Assembly: GCF_032191835.1 (NCBI RefSeq)
Contig: NC_083237.1
Location: 18,166,001 to 18,230,000 of the forward strand
Source: Heteronotia binoei
Taxonomy: Eukaryota
Length of the DNA: 64,000 bases
Direction: 5' to 3'
Below are positions 1 through 11,025 of the stretch, piece after piece (position 1 is the stretch's first letter; every line of letters begins with the position of its first letter). The translations under genes were made by a program, and so were the position numbers. The notes below the pieces were generated by a model. The model was not told where the DNA came from. It saw only the letters and a program-made list of their open reading frames with translations, and did no database searches.

Positions 1-3000
1 ACTTAAAATCTTAATATTAAAGGTACCCTTAATTAATAAGAACCAAAATTAATATCCTCCTCCCTCTTGTACTTAGTCATTATCAAAAATTGTCCAATGT
101 CCTTTTATTTTCCACTCTTTTTCTACGTATCTTCTGAACTTTTTCCACTCCATCTTAATTACTTCTAAATCATAGTATCTTAAGGTTCATGTTAACTTGC
201 CCATTTCACCCCCAAGTGTCATAACTTTTACAATCCAAACCCATTTCTCTGGTATTTTTTTCCTGCTTCCACAACCGCGCATACAACGTCCTAACTTTTT
301 CCACACCATCTTAATTACTTCTAAATCATAGTCTCTTATGGTTCTTGTTAACATGTCCATTTCACTCCATGTCATAACTTTTACAATCCAATCCCATTTC
401 TCTGATATTTTTTCTTGCTTCCACAACTGCACATACAACGTCCTAACTTTTTCCACTCCATCTTAATTACTTCTAAATCATAGTCTCTTAAGGTTCATGT
501 TAACTTGCCCATTTCACCCCAAGTGTCATAACTTTTACAATCCAAACCCATTTCTCTGGTATTTTTTTCCTGCTTCCACAACCGCGCATACAACGTCCTA
601 ACTTTTTCCACTCCATCTTAATTACTTCTAAATCATAGTCTCTTATGGTTCTTGTTAACATGTCCATTTCACTCCATGTCATAACTTTTACAATCCAATC
701 CCATTTCTCTGGTATTTTTTCTTGCTTCCACAACTGCACATACAACGTCCTAACTTTTTCCACTCCATCTTAATTACTTCTAAATCATAGTCTCTTAAGA
801 TTCATGTTAACTTGCCCATTTCACCCCCAAGTGTCATAACTTTTACAATCCAATCCCATTTCTCTGGTATTTTTTCTTGCTTCCACAACCGCGCATACAA
901 CGTCCTAACTTTTTCCACTCCATCTTAATTACTTCTAAATCATAGTCTCTTAAGGTTCATGTTAACTTGCCCATTTCACCCCAAGTGTCATAACTTTTAC
1001 AATCCAAACCCATTTCTCTGGTATTTTTTTCCTGCTTCCACAACCGCGCATACAACGTCCTAACTTTTTCCACTCCATCTTAATTACTTCTAAATCATAG
1101 TCTCTTATGGTTCTTGTTAACATGTCCATTTCACTCCATGTCATAACTTTTACAATCCAATCCCATTTCTCTGGTATTTTTTCTTGCTTCCACAACTGCA
1201 CATACAACGTCCTAACTTTTTCCACTCCATCTTAATTACTTCTAAATCATAGTCTCTTAAGATTCATGTTAACTTGCCCATTTCACCCCCAAGTGTCATA
1301 ACTTTTACAATCCAATCCCATTTCTCTGGTATTTTTTCTTGCTTCCACAACCGCGCATACAACGTCCTAACTTTTTCCACTCCATCTTAATTACTTCTAA
1401 ATCATAGTCTCAAGGTTCATGTTAACTTGCCCATTTCACCCCAAGTGTCATAACTTTTACAATCCAATCCCATTTCTCTGGTATTTTTTTTTTCCTGCTT
1501 CCACAACTGCACATACAACGTCCTAACTTTTTCCACTCCATCTTAATTACTTCTAAATCATAGTCTCTTAAGGTTCATGTTAACTTGCCCATTTCACCCC
1601 AAGTGTCATAACTTTTACAATCCAAACCCATTTCTCTGGTATTTTTTTCCTGCTTCCACAACTGCGTATACAACGTCCTAACTTTTTCCACACCATCTTA
1701 ATTACTTCTAAATCATAGTCTCTTAAGGTTCTTGTCAACATGTCCATTTCACTCCATGTCATAACTTTTACAATCCAATCCCATTTCTCTGGTATTTTTT
1801 AATGCTTCCACAACTGCGCATACAACGTCCTAACTTTTTCCACTCCATCTTAAATACTTCTAAATCATAGTCTCTTAAGGTTCATGTTAACTTGCCCATT
1901 TCACCCCAAGTGTCATAACTTTTACAATCCAAACCCATTTCTCTGGTATTTTTTTCCTGCTTCCACAACCGCGCATACAACGTCCTAACTTTTTCCACTC
2001 CATCTTAATTACTTCTAAATCATAGTCTCTTATGGTTCTTGTTAACATGTCCATTTCACTCCATGTCATAACTTTTACAATCCAATCCCATTTCTCTGGT
2101 ATTTTTTCTTGCTTCCACAACTGCACATACAACGTCCTAACTTTTTCCACTCCATCTTAATTACTTCTAAATCATAGTCTCTTAAGATTCATGTTAACTT
2201 GCCCATTTCACCCCCAAGTGTCATAACTTTTACAATCCAATCCCATTTCTCTGGTATTTTTTCTTGCTTCCACAACCGCGCATACAACGTCCTAACTTTT
2301 TCCACTCCATCTTAATTACTTCTAAATCATAGTCTCTTAAGGTTCATGTTAACTTGCCCATTTCACCCCAAGTGTCATAACTTTTACAATCCAAACCCAT
2401 TTCTCTGGTATTTTTTTCCTGCTTCCACAACCGCGCATACAACGTCCTAACTTTTTCCACTCCATCTTAATTACTTCTAAATCATAGTCTCTTATGGTTC
2501 TTGTTAACATGTCCATTTCACTCCATGTCATAACTTTTACAATCCAATCCCATTTCTCTGGTATTTTTTATTGCTTCCACAACTGCACATACAACGTCCT
2601 AACTTTTTCCACTCCATCTTAATTACTTCTAAATCATAGTCTCTTAAGATTCATGTTAACTTGCCCATTTCACCCCCAAGTGTCATAACTTTTACAATCC
2701 AATCCCATTTCTCTGGTATTTTTTCTTGCTTCCACAACCGCGCATACAACGTCCTAACTTTTTCCACTCCATCTTAATTACTTCTAAATCATAGTCTCAA
2801 GGTTCATGTTAACTTGCCCATTTCACCCCCAAGTGTCATAACTTTTACAATCCAATCCCATTTCTCTGGTATTTTTTTTTTCCTGCTTCCACAACTGCAC
2901 ATACAACGTCCTAACTTTTTCCACTCCATCTTAATTACTTCTAAATCATAGTCTCTTAAGGTTCATGTTAACTTGCCCATTTCACCCCAAGTGTCATAAC

Positions 3001-4285
3001 TTTTACAATCCAAACCCATTTCTCTGGTATTTTTTTCCTGCTTCCACAACTGCGTATACAACGTCCTAACTTTTTCCACACCATCTTAATTACTTCTAAA
3101 TCATAGTCTCTTAAGGTTCTTGTTAACATGTCCATTTCACTCCATGTCATAACTTTTACAATCCAATCCCATTTCTCTGGTATTTTTTAATGCTTCCACA
3201 ACTGCGCATACAACGTCCTAACTTTTTCCACTCCATCTTAAATACTTCTAAATCATAGTCTCTTAAGGTTCTTGTTAACTTGTCCATATCACCCGTCTCA
3301 TAACTTTTACAAGCCAATCCCATTTCTCTGGTATTTTTTCATGCTTCCACAACCGCGCATACAACGTCCTAACTTTTTCCACTCCATCTTAAATACTTCT
3401 AAATCATAGTCTCTTAAGGTTCTTGTTAACTTGTCCATATCACCCGTCTCATAACTTTTATAAGCCAATCCCATTTCTCTGGTATTTTTTCATGCTTCCA
3501 CAACAGCGCATACAACGTCCTAACTTTTTCCATTCCATCTTAATTACTTCTAAATCATAGTCTCTTAAGGTTCATGTTAACTTGGCCATTTCACTCCGTC
3601 TCATAACTTTTACAATACAGTCCCATTTCTCTGGTATTTTTTCATGCTTCCACAACTGCGCATACAACGTCCTAACTTTTTCCACTCCATCTTAAATACT
3701 TCTAAATCATAGGCTCTTAAGGTTCTTGTTAACTTGTCCATTTCACCATGTGTCATAACTTTTACAATCCAACCCCATTTCTCTGGTATTTTTTCATGCT
3801 TCCACAACTGCGCATACAACGTCCTAACTTTTTCCACTCCATCTTAAATACTTCTAAATCATAGGCTCTTAAGGTTCTTGTTAACTTGTCCATTTCACCA
3901 TGTGTCATAACTTTTACAATCCTACCCCATTTCTCTGGTATTTTTTCTTGCTTCCACAACTACGCATATTATGTCCTAGCAGCTGAAAGCAAGTATCAAA
4001 TTATAGTTCTATCTTCTTTTGGATTTTTTTTCCATTTGTAATCCCGACAGAAAAGTCTCTGCAACTTTCTTAAATTCGTATCCCAAGATCTTAGAAATTT
4101 CTTGTTGAATCATCCGCCAATACTTTTTTTTTGCCCTTTCACAAGTCCACCACATACGGTAGAAAGAACCTTCATGTTTTTTACATTTCCAACACCGGTC
4201 TGGCATCTTATTATTCATCTTTGCCAATGTCACCCAGTGAGTTGCATTTGAACACGAGTCTCCTGGTTTCTTGTTTAACACTTAA
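1..4285 (-). mobile_element. 5'-truncated L1-clade LINE (ORF2 C-terminus plus start of 3' UTR), internally expanded into a satellite
   Basis: 3977-4281(-) encodes DRCWKCKKHEGSFYRMWWTCERAKKKYWRMIQQEISKILGY, the L1 ORF2 C-terminal Cys-rich region. 73-136(-) encodes the terminal ..HWTIFDND*, matching the end of ORF 40548..41366 (..HWTIF*). Confidence 0.9.
137..3976. repeat. Tandem satellite, ~154-bp monomer x ~25, derived from L1 ORF2 C-terminal coding sequence, with a 9-mer (~1387 bp) higher-order repeat
   Basis: The motif cccatttctctg recurs at 240, 393, 547, 700, 855, 1009, 1162, 1317 and onward (153-155 bp spacing). The minus strand reads RTLYAQLWKQEKIPEKWDWIVKVMTWSEMDKLTRTLRDYDLEVFKMEWKK. 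Diagnostic variants recur 1387-1388 bp apart. Confidence 0.97.
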
Positions 4286-4387
4286 CCCGCTAGAGCCAGT
4301 GGAGTATTTTACATACTTTACTGTAGCCCCCCCCTTTTTTGTTTTTGTTTTTGCTGAGACTGAAATGTAAGAACAATGTTCTCAACT

Positions 4388-4532
4388 AGGATAGGCATTA
4401 GAGGACCACACTAGGATCCGGAACCATCAAGTTCAAATCCCGACTCTGCCGCGCAAGATTGCCGGTGACTTTGAGCCTATCACGCTCTCTTGCCTTAGCC
4501 TACCTGACAAGGTCACTTTTGCGAAGATAAAA
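4388..4532 (+). mobile_element. Old tRNA-derived CORE/MIR-like SINE remnant
   Basis: B-box-like gttcaaatccc, followed by cttagcctacctgacaagg...gaagataaaatgg, the MIR-type 3' part. Confidence 0.5.
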
Positions 4533-4773
4533 TGGTACCTATTGCACCATAGAGTTTTCCCTCCCAAATGGCTAGAACGTCCAGGGAAACCATAGAGTTT
4601 TCCCCAAAACACCTAGAGTGGTCACTGCTCAACATCACTGGTGCAATGATGTCACTTTCAGGTGGCGTCATTGTGCCAGCGACGTAGGGGGAGGTAATCC
4701 CCGCCAGCCCAATGTGGGTTGGGAACCTCCCAGGTGGGGAAACCTCCACCCGGACTGGGAGCTTGGCAGCCCT

Positions 4774-4971
4774 ATTTGCACATTAGGCCTCACACCCCTG
4801 ATGTAGCCAATCCTCCAAAAGCTTTAAAAGGGAAAGGTAATTCCCTGTGCACGCACCAGTCATTTCCGACTCAGGGCTCTTATGACAGGGTCTACGGTAA
4901 GCTCTTGGAAGGTTGGCGACATCAGGGGTGTGTGGCATATGCAAAGGAGTTCCTGCTACCAAAGAAGCCCT
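4774..4971. mobile_element. Palindromic hAT-type MITE with a short Sauria-SINE 3' fragment inserted in its loop
   Basis: Arms tttgcacattaggcc..cccctgatgtagccaatcctcc / ggaaggttggcgacatcaggggtg..atatgcaaaggag. The centre carries aaaggtaattccctgtgcacgcaccagtcatttccgactc, the same sequence as 60221-60257. Paralog at 26971-27171. Confidence 0.7.
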
Positions 4972-5294
4972 ACTGTTAAATAATTAAATTAGTTGGTGTC
5001 TCATGTCTTCATCTGGGGGATGCTGGGGCAAATATCTAAGTACCAGGGCTTGGTTCTAATGATGTGATCCTAAACAAAATGACTACTTTTAAAGTCCATT
5101 GTCTTAAATGGATTTAGAAGTTTTGTCTCTGCTCAAGATTACACCATAAATCTCCTAAACTTTGTAAAGTTGAACACAACTTCCTTGTATATCTGGATAA
5201 AAGAAACAAGGGAGAAACTAAGCATTCTAAAAGAGCATGCCATTTTATCCCTTCCCTGGATAGCCCTGGGAAGCCCAATCTCATTTGATCTCAT

Positions 5295-5632
5295 CCAAAG
5301 GGTGATGAACACATAGAGTTCACTGCCACAGGAGATGGTGGCAACTATAAGCATAGACAGCTTCAAGAGGGAATTAGATCAACATATGGATCAGAGGTCC
5401 ATCAGTGGCTATTAGCCACAGCGTATTGTTGGAACTCTCTGTCTGGGGCAGTGATGCCCTGTATTCTTGGTGCTTTGGGGGGCACTGTGGGAGGGCTTCT
5501 AGTAGTCCTGGAGCCACTGGTGGACCTCCTGATGGCACTTGGGGTTTTTTGGCCACTGTGTGACCCAGAGTGTAGGACTGGATGGGCCACTGGCCTGATC
5601 CAACATGACTTCTCTTATGTTCTTATGTTCTC
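5295..5632 (+). mobile_element. CR1 LINE 3' end fragment
   Basis: caaagggtgatgaacacatagagttcactgccacaggag...ggcctgatccaacatgacttctcttatgttcttatgttct; the same 3' UTR and tail as the RT-bearing CR1 at 54844-56366. Confidence 0.85.
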
Positions 5633-6041
5633 AGTAGCTAAGCAGGGGCAGCTCTGGTTGATACTTGGACAGGAGACCACCAAGGAATACCAGGGCTGCT
5701 ATGCAGAGGCAGGCACTGGCAACCAATCTCTGAATGTCTCTTGCCTTGGCTTCTCTTATGTTCTTATGTTCCTAATATTAGGGTTGCTATGCAGAGGCAG
5801 GCACTGGCATCGCTCAATGTCTCTTGCCTTGAAAACCCTGCATGCTCGCCCGAAGTTAGCTGTGATTTGACGCCAGAAAAAGTCATGTTATTGGGATTCA
5901 AAGCAAGGCTTTTTCCTTGTCTCATTGGTAATCTGTTCTTGTTCTCCATCTAACAATGTTTTTGCATTTAATGTCTGTTTGTTGCTATGAATACTTATTG
6001 CATTCGAAGGTTCCACAGGATTCTGTCTTCTTCCTGGATAG

Positions 6042-6168
6042 GACCTGCCTGTTTCGAGATGTAGCGATGCCTGTCAGCCTGGTTATCAGAAAAGAAAGAA
6101 AGAAGGGGAGCCCTTTTGCTGCTACGAATGTGCTCCTTGCCCAGAAGGGAAAGTTTCATTCCAGAAAG
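6042..6168 (+). CDS. V2R (vomeronasal type-2 receptor, class C GPCR) penultimate exon, cysteine-rich domain
   Basis: Acceptor ggatag|, 127 bp encoding DLPVSRCSDACQPGYQKRKKEGEPFCCYECAPCPEGKVSFQK plus g. Donor AAG|gcaagt; the phase-1 join to 8114 gives [11 protein letters not shown]. Confidence 0.92.
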
Positions 6169-6195
6169 GCAAGTGACTGTGACTTCCCCAAGACT

Positions 6196-6330
6196 TAAGA
6201 GAAGCCATGTTGCATCAGGCCAATGGCCCATCCAGTCCAACACTCCGTGTCACACAGTGGCCCAAAAAACCAAGTGCCATCAGGAAGTCCACCAGTGGGG
6301 CTAGAAGCCCTCCCACTATGCCCCCCTGCA
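6196..6330 (-). mobile_element. CR1 3' end fragment
   Basis: ttaagagaagccatgttgcatcaggccaatggcccatccagtcc is the reverse complement of the CR1 3' UTR. Confidence 0.8.
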
Positions 6331-6383
6331 AGCACACTTAAGTACACACATCCCCTGGGATTAAAAACAGATGGCACAGAAGT

Positions 6384-6545
6384 CAGGACCGACCCTAGGC
6401 TGTCTGGCACCCTAGGCAAGGCTAACATCTGGCGCCCTCTCCCCACACACTAACATCCCTGAGTCACAGGGACGGGCACCCAACTTGGTGCCCCAGAAGG
6501 CCGGCACCCTAGGCAATTGCCTAGCTTGCCTAGTGGTCGGCCCTG
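6384..6545. mobile_element. hAT (Tip100-like) MITE
   Basis: TIR caggaccgacc / ggtcggccctg; degenerate 8-bp TSD acagaagt / actgaggt. Confidence 0.65.
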
Positions 6546-6639
6546 ACTGAGGTACAAGTAACCATTTGGGGACAGTTGATAGAATGCATGCACCTGCTAG
6601 GCAGGAAGAACACCCCAGTTCAGTCCCTGACATTCCCAA

Positions 6640-7462
6640 TTAAAATCTGGATCCGCTTCAGGGTTTTAGTACTGACATTCAAAACCTTACGTGGCCTGGG
6701 ACCGAGATACCTGCGGGACTGCCTCTCTCCATATGAGCACCGAAGGCAGCTGCAATCCGCCAACCAACATCTTTTGGTTATCCCTAGCCCAAAGGACGTC
6801 CATCTTGCCTCGACCTTTTTGGCCCTGGCCCCATCCTGGTGGAATCAGCTCCCAGTAGAGATAAGGGTGCTACCAGATTTATTACATTTCCGTAGGGACT
6901 GTAAGATGGAGCTGTTCCTCCAGGCATTTGGGTGAGGCGGGTTGGCGTCCTTTGCTTTATTGCCTATACCATAGACTAGGGGAAGGGACGGTGGCTTAGG
7001 GAAAGGGACCGTGGCTCAGTGGTAGAGCATCTGCTTGGTAAGCAGAAGGTCCCAGGTTCAATCCCTGGAATCTCCACAAAAAGGGTCCAGGCAAATAGGT
7101 GTGAAAAACCTCAGCTTGAGACCGTGGAGAGCCGCTGCCAGTCTGAGTAGACAATAATGACTTTGATGGACCAAGGGTCTGATTCAGTAGAAGGCAGCTT
7201 CATATGTCATATGTAGGTATTTGAATATCCTCCCCCACAGTGATCTGTTAATGAATGATTGTATCTGGGCCACTGATTATACTCCAACCTGCACTATGAG
7301 CCCGCCCTCCTTTGTTATACTGTACTGTGCTGTGTTGCTGTTTTAATTGTATTTTATTGGTTTTATTGTATTGTATTTGCTTGGTTTTATTTGAATGTAA
7401 TCCACCCTGAGCCCGCCTGGGAAAGGGGGGAATATAAATTAACCTAAATAAATAAATAAATA
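6640..7462 (+). mobile_element. L2 LINE 3' end, interrupted by a SINE
   Basis: Translation ..LAPSWWNQLPVEIRVLPDLLHFRRDCKMELFLQAFG*, the same family as ORF 57017..57301. Ends in gtaatccaccctgagccc...(taaa)n. Confidence 0.85.
6990..7214 (+). mobile_element. tRNA-derived SINE (Squam2-like)
   Basis: tRNA-like head gtggctcagtggtagagcatctgcttgg..ggttcaatccctgg (A and B boxes), body, and tail gcagcttcatatgtcatatgt. Reverse copies at 25926-26135 and 58074-58275. Confidence 0.75.
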
Positions 7463-7651
7463 ATTCTCAGTCAACACATCTGAGAAAAATTACTTGACTT
7501 TCACAAACAATTTGATAACAGTAAAATGCCTTTTAGGAGATGCTCCTTAGCATAGGGATCCCAAGTGTTTGAGCCTGTTGATACTATTGGAATTCTGACC
7601 TAGGGTGGTGGGAAACACTGATAAACAGCAGCAGCAGCAGTGGAAGGGGAG

Positions 7652-7924
7652 GAGGAAGAAGAGATTGGATTTATACTCCATCCTTCGCTACCTGAAGGCG
7701 TCTCAGAGAAGCTTACAATCTCCTTTCCCTTCCCACAACAGACATACTATGAGGTAGGTGGGGATGAGAGAGCTCTGACACAAACGGCTCTTCAACAGCC
7801 TCGGACAGAGTTATGACTGACCCATGGTCTATACCAGCAGGTGCAAGTGGAGGAGTGGGGAATCAAACCTGGTTCTCCCAGTTAAGAGTCCACACACTTA
7901 ACCACTGCACCAAACTGGGTCTCT
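7652..7924 (-). mobile_element. tRNA-derived CORE-SINE (Ther1/MIR-related, Squam3-like gecko family)
   Basis: Reverse complement of agagaccagtttggtgcagtggttaagtgtg..ggtttgattcccc..(ctt)n. Confidence 0.8.
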
Positions 7925-8113
7925 AACTGGTGCCAGAAAAGTTCTCAGTGGGTATTACGCCATTCAGGGCTATGGGGACCCCTACCTAGCACATAACCAT
8001 TTGCTGGAATTCAGTATGAAGAATATCTCGCACATTGCAGGGAGTCAGATGAAATATCCCTTTACTTCCTATGAACTGAAACTGAGATGGTCACTCTTCC
8101 TTTTTTTTTTCAG

Positions 8114-9015
8114 ACATGGATGTCTGTTTTAAATGTCCAGAAGATCAATGTCCAAGCATAGACCACGATCAATGTATTCCCAAGAAGATAAACTTTCTCT
8201 CCTATGAAGAACCAACGGGGATCTGTTTAAATTTAGCTGCTGTTTCTTTCTCCATAATCACAGTCCTGATACTAAGAACTTTCATTAAGCACAAAGACAC
8301 TCCCATTGTCAAAGCCAACAACAAAGATGTCACCTACACTCTCCTCATTTCTCTCCAGCTTTGCTTTCTCTGTTCTTTCCTCTTCCTTGGAAAACCAAGC
8401 ATGTTGACCTGTTTCCTCCGACAATCTGTTTTGGGCATCATCTTCACAGTAGCAATTTCTTGTGTGTTGGCCAAAACAGTCACTGTGGTTGTCGCTTTCA
8501 TGGCCGCCAAACCAGGGTCCATCTTGAGGAAGTGGGTAGGGAAAAGACTTACAATCTCCATTGTCCTTTTTTGCTCCATGATCCAAATATGTATCTGTAC
8601 AGTGTGGTTAGGAACCACTCCCCCCTTCCCCCATGTGGACACAAAGTCAATGACGGAAGAGATCATAGCAGAATGCAACGAAGGGTCTTCTGTTATGTTT
8701 TATATCGTTCTGGGCTACATGGGTCTTCTGTCCTCCATTAGCTTCGCTGTGGCTTTCTTTGCCCGGAAGTTGCCAGACACTTTCCACGAGGCCAAATTCA
8801 TCACCTTCAGCATGATGATGTTTTGTAGTGTTTGGTTGTGTTTTGTCCCAACCTACCTGAGCACCAAAGGGAAATATATGGTTGCCGTGGAGATCTTCTC
8901 TATCTTGGCCTCCAGTGCTGGGTTACTGGGTTGTATGTTTTCCCCCAAATGTTTCATGATCGTTCTGAGGCCTGAACTGAACAAAAGAGAACAAGTAATA
9001 ACAAGAAAACATTAA
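8114..9015 (+). CDS. V2R last exon (7-TM domain), intact
   Basis: Polypyrimidine tract + cag| acceptor at 8111-8113. Uninterrupted 299-aa ORF with class C GPCR/V2R motifs [66 protein letters not shown]. Confidence 0.97.
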
Positions 9016-9257
9016 ATAGTCAAGTTATCCCAGGTCTTTTTTTTTCTTGTGGAACAAAGATAATGTGCCAAATTAGGGACCATATTTGGCTAGAAAGGTA
9101 GCATATGTATGTTTTAAGTAAGCAAACAAATAAAAAGAAGTAGTCTAGGACTTCCTTTGGTTTTTGATTTGTAACACTCCTTTCTACTCATATGTTTTAG
9201 TGTGTAACCACTTATTCAGTTTGGAGAAATACAAAGCAGTTGGATAGACGTTCAATT

Positions 9258-9710
9258 TAGGTTGCCAGGTCTGAAACAAGAAATATCTGGGGACTTTGGG
9301 GGCAGAGCCAGGAGCTCCAAAGGGAGTTCTGGAAGTCACATTTAAAGGGACAGCACACCTTTTAAATGCCTTCCCTCCATTTGGAAAGAATGAAGGATAG
9401 GGGCTCATTGGGGGCTGATAGAATTGGAACCCCTGGTCCAATCTTTTTGAAACCTGGGAGACAAGTTGAGGAGAGGCACAAGATGCTATGATGAAAATTT
9501 GGTGCCTCTACCTCAAAAAATAGCCCCCCCCCTGTGCCCCACATACCCACAGATCAATTCTCCATTATACCTTTTCGGAATTGGTTTCCAAAGGGTATAA
9601 CGGAGTGCCCAGCAAACAACCCCACCCCACAGTTTTCTGATGACCCTGAAGTGGGTCAAGGGCCTCCAAACTGGGGGATCCCCTTCCCCCACCTGGGAGT
9701 TGGCAACCCT
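9258..9710. mobile_element. Non-autonomous DNA element with tagggttgcca-type termini (hAT-like)
   Basis: taggttgccagg ... gagttggcaaccct. Paralog ~28590-29025; related pieces near 4530-4774, 10048-10210 and 18893-19210. Confidence 0.55.
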
Positions 9711-10233
9711 CATTCAGTTGCTCCGTTGACAAAACAGATTGAGTGATCAGCTTACGCCTGATCACCTCCTTAAAACATAGTGAGTTCTACTGTCGAATAT
9801 GTTTCCTGCAAAAATTGCAGCCTCTTTACGTAGAGCCCATTGAAATTTGCAGACATGTTCTCTATTTCAGTCCCCCAGCCAGGGAAAAATTAAGACACGC
9901 TGAGGCCCAGAGTTACTCCAAATTTAAGAAGCCACCTCATTAACATAAACATGCTAGACAGTGTCTGAAAGACTGTTTAGGAAGACATTTATTTGGTTCG
10001 TAGTTTTTTTATTCTGCCCTTTCTCTAAGGAGGTCAAGGTGACATAAAAAGTTGCCAACTCTGGGTTGGGGAATTCCTGGAGATTTGGGGGTGGAGCCTG
10101 GGGAGGGTGGGGTTTGTGAAGGAGAGAGACTTCAGCAGTAGAGCAGGGTAGTGTAGAGTCCATACTCCAAATCAGCCATTTTCTTCAGGGGATCTGATGC
10201 AAATTGGCTGTAATTTCAAGAGGCTGGCACACC

Positions 10234-10540
10234 AGAGCCAGTTTGATGTAATGGTTAAGTGTGCGGACTCTTATCTGGGAGAACCGGGTTTGATTCCCCA
10301 CTCCTCCACTTGCACCTGCTGGAATGGCCTTGGGTCAGCCATAGTTATCACAGAGGTTGTCCTTGAAAGGGCAGCTGCTGTGAGAGCCCTCTCCAGCCCC
10401 ACCCACCTCACAGGGTGTCTGTTGTGGGGGAGGAAGGGAAAGGAGATTGTGAGCTGCTCTGAGACTCTTCGGAGTGGAGGGCGGGATATAAATCCAATAT
10501 CTTCTTCTTCTTCTTCTTCTTCTTCTTCTTCTTCTTCTTC
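10234..10540 (+). mobile_element. Young Squam3-like SINE with (CTT)n tail, present in copy A only
   Basis: Full-length agagccagtttgatgtaatggttaagtgtgcggac...aatccaatat(ctt)n. Absent from the paralogous site at ~29535. Confidence 0.85.
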
Positions 10541-10561
10541 TACCTAGTGGTGTGCATTACC

Positions 10562-11025
10562 CACTCTTTGGTGTAGTGGTTAAGTGTGCAGATTCCTATA
10601 TGGAAGAACTGGGTTTGATTCCCCACTCCTCCATTTACAGCTGCTGGAATAACCTTGGGTCAGCCATAGCTCTCGCAGGAGTTGTCCTTGAAAGGGCAGC
10701 TGCTGTGAGAGCCCTCTCAGCCCCACCCACCTCACTGACAATACTCCCTCTAAGCTGTGGAGTCTTGTGAGCAAAAATTCTGCTTCGTGAGCTACTGGCA
10801 TTAAAACTGAGAGCTACTTGCTCCGGGGCCATTTTTCCTTAGCTAAGACAAAAATGTGGGAGCCAGGAGCTAAAAACCTGTGAGCTAGCTCATGTTAACT
10901 CAAGTTAGATGGAACACTGCTCACAGGGTATCTGTTGTAGGAGGAGAAGCTAGAAGAGATTATAAACTGCTCTGAGTCTCTGATTCAGAGAGAAGGGGGG
11001 GTATACATCTGCAATCTTCTTCGTC
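10562..11025 (+). mobile_element. Squam3-like SINE containing a hAT MITE (10739-10919)
   Basis: The SINE is split at ctcac(t/a)g by caatactccctctaagctg...caagttagatggaacactg. Paralog 29557-30425, with its MITE at 30135-30315. Confidence 0.8.

Noticed and set aside
137-3976. Repeated 60-89 aa ORFs as a tandem gene family, or the array as a CRISPR-like locus
   Set aside because: They are translations of an L1-derived satellite. Monomer lengths of 154-155 shift the frame every 1-2 units, and there are no unique spacers.
6990-7065. tRNA gene
   Set aside because: The tRNA-like head runs into a SINE body and tail, and diverged copies occur at 25926 and 58074. It is a SINE, not a tRNA.
8272-8741. 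Overlapping alternative-frame and antisense ORFs within the V2R and OR exons
   Set aside because: These are typical shadows of hydrophobic TM-coding sequence with no independent evidence.
9743-9943. 66-aa ORF open in both duplicate copies (also 29056..29256)
   Set aside because: It starts at GTG, has no recognisable motif or splice context, and staying open is expected at this low paralog divergence.
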